This document shows positions 43,335-52,981 of a stretch of DNA of 64,000 nucleotides, in pieces. The DNA lies in contig OZ251219.1 in assembly GCA_965240465.1 (NCBI GenBank), positions 128,001 through 192,000 of the forward strand, given 5' to 3'. The notes under the pieces are model-generated. The model did no database searches and was not told the DNA's origin. It saw nothing but the letters and a program-made list of their open reading frames with translations. Source of the DNA: a bacterium (lineage in GTDB: Bacteria; SAR324; JACQKK01). The number at the start of each line of letters is the position of its first letter. Position 1 is the stretch's first letter. The position numbers were made by a program, and so were the translations under genes.

Positions 43335-45827
43335 TTACTGGACTATGTTTTTAACATATTCCAGCTTCAGAGTAGTAAACCGTACCGCGGTAGCAATATG
43401 TTGCTGATGACCCCTTAGCACGTTGCTGTACCCTATTCCCTTGAGTCCTTCTCTTTTAAGCTGTTTTACAAACAATACCCTCAAGCTTTTTCCTCCCTCA
43501 ATGGCATATTCCAAGCGTAGCTCATTCAGCCCGGATATTGTTGGACATTGGGCCCGAACATCAAGCCATTCGTTTTTTGCTAAGGGTCCCCATTTTTTTA
43601 TGGGTACGCTATTGCATAACAACTGTATTTGCTGGCCATTGTGTAGATTTTCCAACCTCGCCCGCAATTGAACCTGCTTATTAGCCTGACCACTATCGGC
43701 AACGTGCCAATACAGGACAGTTGTTTTACCCAGGGAATATCGCTCATTTCCTACACTAGCGATGGTACCCAACCTTTTGGAACGGTACTTGAGTCCCTTA
43801 GCACTAATTCCATAAGGTCGTTCAAAAGCTACAAAATCAGCCTGACCCTCAAAAAAGACTACCGGAGGATTGTCAGCCAAGTTTTTTTTATGGCGACTAC
43901 GCCAATCATCTGTTAGCGGAACAAATGCCAGCTTGGTGCCTTTTTCTTTATTGGCTAGTAAGCGAGCCGTTGGCCGACCAAAACGATGATAAAATTCCTT
44001 AGCACAGCCAGTAGCCATCAAATCCTCGTGTACCTGAATACCAGCAAAGTCATGCTGTGATAAATGTAGTTCCAAGAAACGATATTCATCTTCCTTGAGA
44101 CAACGCCACTGACGACGAGGTTCTTTTATTCCCCCCTGCTGGCGTGCTTCTGGCCACAATAAATGCGGCCAGCCCTGTAAAATCAGTTTTTCCAATAGAC
44201 TGCTCGGGGGCCAGATATCCCATCCTCCTGCCAGACCTTTTTTGTCATGATGCCTGCGTAAAAAGCCAATATCCTGAGCCCAGAAATCATAAGAACACAT
44301 AGCACGAAATCCACGAATACGAAGACAAAATGGCCACTCAAAAATAGCCGTACCCTCTGTATTCTTAATAACATTTGCATAAGATACAATATCTTGACGG
44401 TCTACTCTGGTAAAAGAATGGGCATCTGGAAGTTCTGAGGCAAATGTATGAACCTCCGTTCCAGCTACCACCAACCAAATGGCAAAAACCCCCTTGTGGA
44501 CATGTCGCCAATCGATTTCCAAGGTTGGCAATAGTAGTAGCAATGGATAGAGCAATGTGCCTCGCCCTCCTACTCTTGTAAAACTGTGCCAGGGAAACAC
44601 CTCCAATAGCGGCAGTAAGCGCGGAATGTTGAATACTAACAGCAAAAAAAACACCCCCGAGGGCAACAGCCATACCCACGCAGGAGTAGACTCAGACGCA
44701 TTGGCCGAAGTATCAAAGGAGCCAGAATCTGTAGAAGACGACCTAAACCAACACCCCCGAACTGCCCACCACCAACCCATTATCCCCAGAGATAACAACG
44801 CCCAACCAGCCATCCCACTATAAAAATGCTCTCTTATGTCAAACAGATCTAATGAAAAGCTAGCTTTCCAATATGGAAGAAACAACCGCAATGGACTGGA
44901 AAACCAAAACCTAAAATAATGTCCCGAATCCGTACTAACAGGAGTAATGGCACTAACAATCTGCAAAACCAGCGGCACGTACAACCACCCCACTACAAAC
45001 ATTGCCCCCAGCAAAGAACAGTGCCAAAAAGGCCTGCCACGTACCTCAGACCATCCATGGAAACTTGCACGCAAGGCCAGCTTCCAGATGCTACCAGTAC
45101 CCAGCCATCGCCTGTGCCATACCCAGCCCACCCCAAATAACAATGTGATCACAAACGATGTTATATTCAATGCCCCTACATAGCCTAATCCATGCCCCAA
45201 TCCTAGCAACAGAAACAATCCACGTAACATTACCAGCTTCAATCGCAACTTCCCTTCCCGTACCAATTGACGAAACAAGAGAAAGTCTACCAATACCCCC
45301 AACTGTAGCCAGTGAATATATGCAATATTAAAATGAACGCTCTGCTTGTAACCAACATAAAAATTTAACAAAACAGATAAAAATGCAAAAACTCCTGCAC
45401 GATTATCACCATATACTCCCCGTAGTAGCCAAAAACTTCCTAAACACCCCACCAAAACGCTGATGGCTCCATAGTACAAGAACCACTCCCCCTCACCCAG
45501 CCACTTACCGCCCTGATACATCCATAATGCCTGCTCAAATGCCCAATCTACCAACATAACCCCCATATCATAAGGATATGTGTGTTCATCACCAGCAGGC
45601 ATCAATTGCGGAAATGGCCACCACTTGATCCAACGGGCAAAGTAATCCCAAGTAAAATAAGATTGTTGTACATCTGTTGCCCCCTCCCACGCCCACCCTA
45701 TTGGCAACCGATTGACAAAATCATGCCACCAAAAACAAAAACCCAACAACACGAACACCCAAATCGCTGTTCGCACCCCTCCCAAACTCTTACCCCCCTT
45801 AATCTTCTCTACCAAACTGGTTAACAT
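43335..45827 (-). CDS. Large polytopic membrane protein with soluble C-terminal region (possibly GT-C/YfhO-like)
   Basis: 830 aa. The N-terminal ~460 aa carry many hydrophobic helices and the remainder is hydrophilic. The family call is a guess from architecture only. Confidence 0.55.
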   Translation of the reverse strand: MLTSLVEKIKGGKSLGGVRTAIWVFVLLGFCFWWHDFVNRLPIGWAWEGATDVQQSYFTWDYFARWIKWWPFPQLMPAGDEHTYPYDMGVMLVDWAFEQALWMYQGGKWLGEGEWFLYYGAISVLVGCLGSFWLLRGVYGDNRAGVFAFLSVLLNFYVGYKQSVHFNIAYIHWLQLGVLVDFLLFRQLVREGKLRLKLVMLRGLFLLLGLGHGLGYVGALNITSFVITLLFGVGWVWHRRWLGTGSIWKLALRASFHGWSEVRGRPFWHCSLLGAMFVVGWLYVPLVLQIVSAITPVSTDSGHYFRFWFSSPLRLFLPYWKASFSLDLFDIREHFYSGMAGWALLSLGIMGWWWAVRGCWFRSSSTDSGSFDTSANASESTPAWVWLLPSGVFFLLLVFNIPRLLPLLEVFPWHSFTRVGGRGTLLYPLLLLLPTLEIDWRHVHKGVFAIWLVVAGTEVHTFASELPDAHSFTRVDRQDIVSYANVIKNTEGTAIFEWPFCLRIRGFRAMCSYDFWAQDIGFLRRHHDKKGLAGGWDIWPPSSLLEKLILQGWPHLLWPEARQQGGIKEPRRQWRCLKEDEYRFLELHLSQHDFAGIQVHEDLMATGCAKEFYHRFGRPTARLLANKEKGTKLAFVPLTDDWRSRHKKNLADNPPVVFFEGQADFVAFERPYGISAKGLKYRSKRLGTIASVGNERYSLGKTTVLYWHVADSGQANKQVQLRARLENLHNGQQIQLLCNSVPIKKWGPLAKNEWLDVRAQCPTISGLNELRLEYAIEGGKSLRVLFVKQLKREGLKGIGYSNVLRGHQQHIATAVRFTTLKLEYVKNIVQ

Positions 45828-45922
45828 CCGCCCATCAAAAACCTTATTAACTTATACATATAACAGACAAGGCAACATCATTATAATGCTCCCACCTAAA
45901 AATATGTACCCCGTTTCAGGAT

Positions 45923-46408
45923 CTATTGATTTATTAGCCCAGGCCAGTTTTTATCACCTTTTCTGATATTGTCATCACGCTCGCTCAGCCAAGCATTTTT
46001 CACCCCTATGCTGTAGTTAAGGTAAAGCTTGTTTTTGTGAACAGTCCAAGCACGAGGATTTATCGGAGCTACTTGGTTCTGAGCTACTGCAAAAGCACAA
46101 TAGCCCCCATATTGAGGAGCATATTGTTGAGGTTTTTTAAGGAATTTATCCCGATTTTCAGCCGAATAAAAATTCCAAGTTGCTCCGTTCCATTTGGCTT
46201 GGAAGGCTTTTTTTCCTTTTACAGCCCGTTTATCTGTGAAATAAGCCACAGCATCGTAGCCACGGATGGCTACCCCTCGAGATTGGAATACTGGTTCTAT
46301 CGCTTGGGCATCATTTGGAATAACCAAGCTGTAAATAAAAGCCAAACCGCATAGTGTAACAGCTAGTGTTAGCCATTTTCTATTCATATTGGGGATCTGT
46401 TTAATCAT
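45923..46408 (-). CDS. Exported YHS-domain protein, copy 1 (Cys form)
   Basis: Signal peptide ending AQA, AIRGYDAVAYF, YAPQYGGYCAFAV and KLYLNYS. Confidence 0.88.
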   Translation of the reverse strand: MIKQIPNMNRKWLTLAVTLCGLAFIYSLVIPNDAQAIEPVFQSRGVAIRGYDAVAYFTDKRAVKGKKAFQAKWNGATWNFYSAENRDKFLKKPQQYAPQYGGYCAFAVAQNQVAPINPRAWTVHKNKLYLNYSIGVKNAWLSERDDNIRKGDKNWPGLINQ

Positions 46409-46552
46409 GGATATATTCCTTATTTAAGGATAAATAATAACAACAAATTACGCTGCACTTAAAAAATTTGCTACTTGCCATAAACATAGCACCGAAGAAA
46501 ATGAGCTGGACTGATTTGGGCATGAGTTCATTAAGACATCAATCACAAATTA

Positions 46553-47041
46553 CTAGCTACCCTTAAGTAAATTAGGCCAGTTTTTGTCTCCCTTTTTGAT
46601 ATTGCTATCACGACTTTCCAGCCAAGTAGTTTTCACTCCTGTGCTGTAATTAAGGTATAGTTTATTATTGTGGACCGTCCAGGCATGTGGGTCTATGGGA
46701 GCTACATAATTCCGAGAGACGGCAAAGGCACAATAGCCCCCGTATTGAGGGGCATATTGTTGAGGTTTTTTAAGGAATTTATCCCGATTTTCAGCCGAAT
46801 AAAAATTCCAAGTTGCCTTGTTCCATTTGGCTTGGAAGGCGTTTTTTCCCTTTACAGCTCGCTTTTCTGCGAAATATGCCACCGAGTCATAGCCACGGAT
46901 AGCTACTCCTCGGGATTGAAATACTGGCTCTATCGCTTGAGCATTATTTGGAATAATCAAGCTGTGAATAAAAGCCAAGCTGCATAATGTAAGAGTTAGT
47001 GTCAGCCATTTTCTATTGATACTGGGGGTCTGTGCAAACAT
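46553..47041 (-). CDS. Exported YHS-domain protein, copy 2 (Cys form)
   Basis: Close paralogue of 45923-46408 with the same motifs. Confidence 0.88.
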   Translation of the reverse strand: MFAQTPSINRKWLTLTLTLCSLAFIHSLIIPNNAQAIEPVFQSRGVAIRGYDSVAYFAEKRAVKGKNAFQAKWNKATWNFYSAENRDKFLKKPQQYAPQYGGYCAFAVSRNYVAPIDPHAWTVHNNKLYLNYSTGVKTTWLESRDSNIKKGDKNWPNLLKGS

Positions 47042-47189
47042 GAAAGGACTCCTTATTATAAATAAATCTATCGTGCAATAAACTGAGTGACATTATACCT
47101 TTGCTACCTATAATCAGTCTAGTACATGTGGATACATAGAGTGAATACCTGCAGACAAACAGAAATAATTGCCCCCTCGCACCAAAACA

Positions 47190-47618
47190 TTAAGATAAGG
47201 CTTTTTCCAATTTTTGGTGGAGGTCCTGGCTAATGCGAGTAGGCTTACCTTCTTGGTTCAAGAATACAGCTGTTGCTTGGGCAGTGAGAACAAGATTTTG
47301 CTTTTGATCAGGCTTACTTCCAGCTGGGCAGGTGATTTGTTGGTCCATATTTAGCCTAGCACCGCGAACAGAAGCTACTTGAAGATAAACCGTAAAGGTC
47401 TGATCAGATAACAGAGATTTGTAAAAACGTAGATGAATTTCTGAGAGTGCCAAGGATTGATTGTCTTTGGCAGCCTGAGACGGAATTATGCCCAGTGTAA
47501 TCAAAAAGGCATGGCGAGTATGTTCCAAATAATTGAGATAAACAGCATTATTAACCACCCCAAATTGATCTAATTCATAGTCGCGTACGTGAAAATCCAG
47601 TTGGAAAGAAGCTGACAT
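47190..47618 (-). CDS. Acyl-CoA thioesterase (YbgC/4HBT hotdog family)
   Basis: VRDYELDQFGVVNNAVYLNYLEHTR motif. ATG at 47618 avoids overlap with the upstream cytochrome gene. Confidence 0.88.
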   Translation of the reverse strand: MSASFQLDFHVRDYELDQFGVVNNAVYLNYLEHTRHAFLITLGIIPSQAAKDNQSLALSEIHLRFYKSLLSDQTFTVYLQVASVRGARLNMDQQITCPAGSKPDQKQNLVLTAQATAVFLNQEGKPTRISQDLHQKLEKALS

Positions 47619-47640
47619 ACTACAAAAACAAGATGGCTGT

Positions 47641-48003
47641 TTACGGTTTCTGAGACTCCAACCACTCTGCAATTTGGCGGATATCATAGTCGCTAAGGCG
47701 ACGAGCATGCGTCCACATAGTTTGTGAAGCCGCACTATCACGCTCCAGATTGCGATAAGCACGCAGTTGATTCACTAGATAAGCCGCGTTCTGGGATGCC
47801 AATTTGGGAATACCGTTGCCAATCGGCCGACTACCTTTCCTTCCATGACATACCCCACAAGCATTTTGCTGGTAGATATATTCTCCGGTAGGCTGTGCCT
47901 CAACAATATTTTGCCAACCCAACAGAGCTACAATAGTCATAGCCATTAACAACATCTTTACCGATGCCGTATCCTTACACACCTGGCAATTCGCTAAATA
48001 CAT
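47641..48003 (-). CDS. Monoheme class I cytochrome c (c553/c4-like; start uncertain)
   Basis: Signal peptide, CGVCH heme motif, PKLASQNAAYLVNQL and distal Met in QTMW. Confidence 0.88.
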   Translation of the reverse strand: MYLANCQVCKDTASVKMLLMAMTIVALLGWQNIVEAQPTGEYIYQQNACGVCHGRKGSRPIGNGIPKLASQNAAYLVNQLRAYRNLERDSAASQTMWTHARRLSDYDIRQIAEWLESQKP

Positions 48004-48112
48004 GGGGGCATTATTCTGGCAAGAATCTATAAATAAAGAAAAACATATCAGCAGGTTCCAATTTAAGAGCATCTGATATTAGGACACTCTGCAGAATTGA
48101 TGACATACACTA

Positions 48113-48505
48113 CTATTTTAACGCAGCTAGATAAGCAGCTATCTCAAGCACCTCTTTTTTGCTTAAAGCATCCGCAAAAGGCCACATCACCTTGGCTAGG
48201 GCACTAGAACGAGAACGGTCTTGGTACGCCCTCAACTGAGCAACAATATACACAGCATTTTGACCTGCTAGCTTAGGGTAATTAAGTGCTATCGGCTGAC
48301 GACCATTTTGGCCATGGCAAGACACACAATCTTTTGACACATAAAGCTCTTTACCATCTGCTTGGGCCGATTTGGCAATGACGGTCGCACTCAGAAAAAC
48401 AAGTACACAAACCACTAACCTGGTAGATCTATTTAATCGAGATTGCCACTCCCCTAGTTGCCTCTGTTCTAACAACTGTAAAATAAATCTCATCGTGTTT
48501 ACCAA
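48113..48505 (-). CDS. Monoheme class I cytochrome c (c553/c4-like)
   Basis: Signal peptide, CVSCH heme motif, PKLAGQNAVYIVAQL and distal Met in KVMW. Confidence 0.9.
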   Translation of the reverse strand: MVNTMRFILQLLEQRQLGEWQSRLNRSTRLVVCVLVFLSATVIAKSAQADGKELYVSKDCVSCHGQNGRQPIALNYPKLAGQNAVYIVAQLRAYQDRSRSSALAKVMWPFADALSKKEVLEIAAYLAALK

Positions 48506-48619
48506 GTAATCTTATTCAATCATTTCTCACTAACATTTTATAGCTAAAACCTAGTTGCTAGCATGGTTTATTATCATATCCGATCATAATACCCCCCCCT
48601 TCGTTTGTTTTGTTGTTAA

Positions 48620-49252
48620 CTAAGGGATGGAGAAAGAGGGGGTAATAACAATGTCCATAGGAACATCATGTGGTTCTGTGGGGATGGCATGCTCACACTG
48701 CCATTCTAGTGCCAAGCCAATCAGGGTAGCCGGAGTTTCTCTGAGTTCCTGTAGGTTAGCAATAAAGCGATCATAGATACCCTTGCCGTACCCCAATCGT
48801 TGACGATTTTGATCAAATCCAAGCATAGGTACAATCACAATGTCAATGTACTGGGCTTGTGATGAGGAAAGCGGCTGGTATCCTTGGGGAGGGGGACAAG
48901 GTTCCAACACCCCAAAAGGTCCTTTTATAAGAGGCTCACCCGGCTTCCAAGAAGCAGTAGCCAAAGTATTATTAGGCATTTGTACAGGAGCAAAACAGAT
49001 TTTCTCGGCAGACGCCTCTTGCCAAATAAGAGCAGTATTTATCTCATCTGGAAGGCTGATAAAACAGTGAATGCCGGTTGCTTGCTGCCAAACAATAAGT
49101 TGAAACAATTTCTTAGCAATGGACAGGCTAGCCTGTTTGAGAATATGAGTATCTACTGAATGCCTCTTGGTCAAAAGTCGCTGACGAAGTTCTCGCTTGG
49201 CGATTGATACCATAGTAAAACCGAAATTATTATCTGCCATACTGGGATACAA
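48620..49252 (-). CDS. ygfA: 5-formyltetrahydrofolate cyclo-ligase (start may be 49240 or 49213)
   Basis: KRELRQ, GVLEP, VPMLGFD..RLGYGKGIYDR and EPHDVPMD. Confidence 0.92.
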   Translation of the reverse strand: MYPSMADNNFGFTMVSIAKRELRQRLLTKRHSVDTHILKQASLSIAKKLFQLIVWQQATGIHCFISLPDEINTALIWQEASAEKICFAPVQMPNNTLATASWKPGEPLIKGPFGVLEPCPPPQGYQPLSSSQAQYIDIVIVPMLGFDQNRQRLGYGKGIYDRFIANLQELRETPATLIGLALEWQCEHAIPTEPHDVPMDIVITPSFSIP

Positions 49253-49378
49253 TGAAAAAAATTTAACAACCTACACTAAGAATAAGATGAAAAAACACCC
49301 AATCCATATACCAGATTACTTCAATGCCCATGGAGAAGGTCCCATGGAGTCAGAGTAAATAGTATTTTTGGTCAATAA

Positions 49379-50743
49379 CTATTCCGACGCCGACAATAGC
49401 ACCAACTTTTTCCGCAAATGGTACTGTATCCAAAAAGCAAATCCAACCTGAACAAAGCTGGCAATGTTGTTAGCCCAAAAAATGGCCAGAAAACTACTCT
49501 TCCACACCAACAAGCTCCCTATTAGCCATATAGACATGGTCACAATTCGAACACTCCCAATAGCCAAGGAAAAACCAGTACGACCCAACCCCACTGCCAA
49601 AGAATTAACACTAAAAATAAACGCAAAGGCTGGTAGTGACAACATATTAATGATCGCATAGGTTACCCCAAAGGACATCACCTGAGGGCTATCTGTGAAC
49701 AACCCCACCAAGAACCCTGCACCACTCCCAATTAATACGCACCCCAAAAATGCCATTAAAAAACTGTATAGCAGGCCACACCTAAATGAAGACCACACTC
49801 TATCCCATTTACCCGCTCCATGATTCTGTCCCACCATACTAGACACCGCAACTCCGATTGAAATAATCGGTAAAATGGATGTCTCAAAAATACGAAACCC
49901 CACCACCGTACCAGCTACCACCGTGCTCCCCAATGGACGCAGTGCCACGTATACAGCCATTATACCCATTGCAAAAAATAAGTGCTGGACCCCTACAGGA
50001 ACACCTATCCTAAGAGTACGCCCTATCTGCTGCCAATCTGGTCGCAATGGCATTTCTAGCTGCAAAGGTCGTCCTCTGTTAATTTCCCCCGAACGCAACA
50101 TCAACCACACATAAACAGATCCACTCACTACCTGCGATGTCATTGTCGCCCAAGCAGCCCCATTCATTTGCCAACCATTAAAAGGTCCCCATCCGAATAT
50201 AAACAGCGGATCCAGTATAAAATTCATCACCACGCTTAAACCAATCAATTTCATTGGCGTCTTAAAATCTCCCACTGCACGCCAACATTGACTCATAGAA
50301 AATAAAAATACCTGCCATAAAAAAGCCGAGGCATAAACTCTATAAAATGACACCCCCAAGGCTTTAACTTCAGCATCTTTGGTAAAAATGGCAAAATACC
50401 AAGGGGCTACCAAGCCCGCCAACAGCCAACCCATAGACCCCAACACTACTGCTAGCAATACCGTCTGAGAAAATACCCGTCCTACACCTTTAAAATCTCC
50501 TGCACCGTAAAATGACGCTATCTGAGACAAGGAACCCACCCCCAGCATCATTGTCAGTGACAACACCAAGAAAAGTGTATTGAATGATATCGCAAACGCT
50601 GCCAGTACCTTTTCACCCAACCGACCCAGAAAAAACAAATCCGCCAGAGCATAAAAAGACTGCATTAAGAAAGCCAACAGAGTAGGCCCCGCCAATCGTA
50701 GTACCCATAACAAAATAGGGCCCTTCGTTAAATCTTGTGCCAT
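49379..50743 (-). CDS. MATE-family efflux transporter
   Basis: DLTKGPI, GDFKTPM, NFILDPLFIFG, GAAWAT and VGQNHGAG; about 12 TM segments. Confidence 0.92.
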   Translation of the reverse strand: MAQDLTKGPILLWVLRLAGPTLLAFLMQSFYALADLFFLGRLGEKVLAAFAISFNTLFLVLSLTMMLGVGSLSQIASFYGAGDFKGVGRVFSQTVLLAVVLGSMGWLLAGLVAPWYFAIFTKDAEVKALGVSFYRVYASAFLWQVFLFSMSQCWRAVGDFKTPMKLIGLSVVMNFILDPLFIFGWGPFNGWQMNGAAWATMTSQVVSGSVYVWLMLRSGEINRGRPLQLEMPLRPDWQQIGRTLRIGVPVGVQHLFFAMGIMAVYVALRPLGSTVVAGTVVGFRIFETSILPIISIGVAVSSMVGQNHGAGKWDRVWSSFRCGLLYSFLMAFLGCVLIGSGAGFLVGLFTDSPQVMSFGVTYAIINMLSLPAFAFIFSVNSLAVGLGRTGFSLAIGSVRIVTMSIWLIGSLLVWKSSFLAIFWANNIASFVQVGFAFWIQYHLRKKLVLLSASE

Positions 50744-50877
50744 TGTTTTTAGTTAAATCTTCGTTTCATGCTTTTCAACCATACCGAACACTAGCGAAAA
50801 ACTACCCTGAATCTTTATGTCTTTAATAGCAAACATAGCTCGTTGACAAGCGAGTATTGAAATTGTCTTTAGCAAAT

Positions 50878-52953
50878 TTATTCTGTCTGCTGTAATAAGG
50901 AAGGAGTGATAGATGGGTTGTTGTAAAGCAGATAGCGACTAGTTTCAAAAAGTCCCATTGCGAGAGTCTTCATGCTTTGAAATTTCTCTGGATATTGCTC
51001 TTTAATATCTTTTAGATAGGTTTTAGAACGATATTGATACATGTGATCTTGTCCATCAAAGGAACGCTGGAAGTAAAAGCGTTTTTCAAGTAGTCCGATT
51101 TGCGGTGCGGACAAATTAGGACGAATGGTAAATATGGGGCGGTTGTGATCAATGTTGGGGGAGAAAAGGTTTTGTCCAAGTCCCCGATAGCGGTAGCTGA
51201 AGCCTAGTAGGCTAGTGATGGTGGGCAATAGGTCAACTTCACTGGCAATGGTTTCTATTTTGCGAGGGTTTTTGATGAGGTGAGGATTATAAAATACCAA
51301 TGGAACATGAAAGCTGGTGATACCTAATTGGGTATATCCAGGGGGAATATGCTTGCCGGAAGATGGCAGTCCATGATCTCCCAGTATCACAAAAAGGGTG
51401 TTAGGGAAGTAATGTTCTTTTTCAGCTAACTGAAAAAAATGTCCCAGGGAAAAATCTAATAAACGGAAGGAATTGTATTCGGCAAGCGACTGGAATCCTG
51501 CGGCTTTGACTTCTTCATGAGGTATTTCTTTTGGTTGGAAATTAAGTCTGTTTTTGGGGATAGTATAGGGGCGATGGCTTCCTGAAGTTACAATGAAAGC
51601 AAAGAATGGCTGTTGTGTTTCTTTGAATACCCGATTAGCAGACTTAAAGAGGTCTAAGTCTGAAATGCCCCAAACATCTACCACGGGGGCATCATAGCTA
51701 CCTTCTTCCATGAGTTGGAGATTTTTTATGTTGCTTTGGAGGGTCCCACGTAAATTACCCCAATTAGCACTACCTCCAATGAAGTAAAAGCGTTTGTACT
51801 CAGATGGCCACTCGTTAAGGAGTATATGCTGATCAACAATTAGAGGATTGCGGCTGGATGTATTAGAGGCGTCAACATCGGGGATGCCTACCAGGGCGGT
51901 AAACACGGAACGGGCTGTTCCTGCTGTGGGAGTATAAAAATTGGTGAATGTCCAAGAACGGGGCAGTAGGCTGTCTAGATTGGGTGTTGGCTGAGCTGGG
52001 TTTCCCAATGAACCAACAAAGTATGAGGAAAGAGACTCCATCATGATGATCACCACATTAGTATTTTTAGGCATTAGTGGAGATGACGGCTTAATAAAGC
52101 GTTGATAAGAAAGGGGTGGCTGTTGGGGTGGGATATTAAGATATTTAGAGATGACCGGATAATATTTCTGAGTGGCATTGGCATCAAAGGATTGGACTCT
52201 ATCTTCATAGGTATCAAAGAAAAATAAGACTGGGTTGAGTGCCAATGCGTTTAGATATACATTATTTGTAAAATAGGCTTGGCTCCAACGCAGAGGGTAC
52301 GCAGAGTTATTGCCATAAATGCCTACCAGCAGGCCAATCACTGCCAACACTGACAGAATATATCTTTGCCAGCGTTGCTTTATAGAACATGAAGGTTCTT
52401 GCTTAAGGAATATCGGCAACACCATTCTCCAAATTAGCCAGCTGTAGAATGCCATACCTCCGAGTACAAACAGCAGGATAGCTAAAACAGGATAGGTCTC
52501 CCATACCATGCGAGTAGATAACTGAGCCGCCTGAAGGAACTCAAGCAAAGAAGCGTTAAAACGCGTTTCTTGATAAGCAAAATTGCCAAAATCTATTACA
52601 TATACTAGCTGACATAAAAAGATTGCCAGAGTAAGCCAGAGCCACCACACCACTCTCATAAATCTGTAACGAGGGTTCAACCATGGAATTACACTGAATA
52701 TCACCAATGGCAAAATTATTAATAATCCCAACCGTAAGTCAAATCTCAGTCCCAGCTGAAAAGAGTGCCAGAAATCTGCGTATGAGTACTGGGCGGCAGA
52801 TTTTTCATTAAAACTAATCACAAAGGCGATTCGCAATAAAGCAAACCAAAGAAAATTTAATCCTGCTATCAATAAAAAAGCCCGTGTACAAGGACTCAGC
52901 AATTTTTGCCATCCCTGTCTCAGGCTTATCAGTAGGGTATTATGCTTCCACAT
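50878..52953 (-). CDS. LTA synthase/phosphoglycerol transferase (sulfatase-fold) family membrane protein
   Basis: About 5 N-terminal TM segments with GLRFD, then NVVIIMMES, Thr nucleophile in GTARS, SHRPY and GDHG. Confidence 0.88.
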   Translation of the reverse strand: MWKHNTLLISLRQGWQKLLSPCTRAFLLIAGLNFLWFALLRIAFVISFNEKSAAQYSYADFWHSFQLGLRFDLRLGLLIILPLVIFSVIPWLNPRYRFMRVVWWLWLTLAIFLCQLVYVIDFGNFAYQETRFNASLLEFLQAAQLSTRMVWETYPVLAILLFVLGGMAFYSWLIWRMVLPIFLKQEPSCSIKQRWQRYILSVLAVIGLLVGIYGNNSAYPLRWSQAYFTNNVYLNALALNPVLFFFDTYEDRVQSFDANATQKYYPVISKYLNIPPQQPPLSYQRFIKPSSPLMPKNTNVVIIMMESLSSYFVGSLGNPAQPTPNLDSLLPRSWTFTNFYTPTAGTARSVFTALVGIPDVDASNTSSRNPLIVDQHILLNEWPSEYKRFYFIGGSANWGNLRGTLQSNIKNLQLMEEGSYDAPVVDVWGISDLDLFKSANRVFKETQQPFFAFIVTSGSHRPYTIPKNRLNFQPKEIPHEEVKAAGFQSLAEYNSFRLLDFSLGHFFQLAEKEHYFPNTLFVILGDHGLPSSGKHIPPGYTQLGITSFHVPLVFYNPHLIKNPRKIETIASEVDLLPTITSLLGFSYRYRGLGQNLFSPNIDHNRPIFTIRPNLSAPQIGLLEKRFYFQRSFDGQDHMYQYRSKTYLKDIKEQYPEKFQSMKTLAMGLFETSRYLLYNNPSITPSLLQQTE

Positions 52954-52981
52954 GATTTTTTATAGTATCTTTCACAATTTA

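Noticed and set aside
49253-49378. 6S RNA expected upstream of ygfA
   Set aside because: The gap is only about 126 nt and has no long irregular hairpin, just a short cccatggag repeat.
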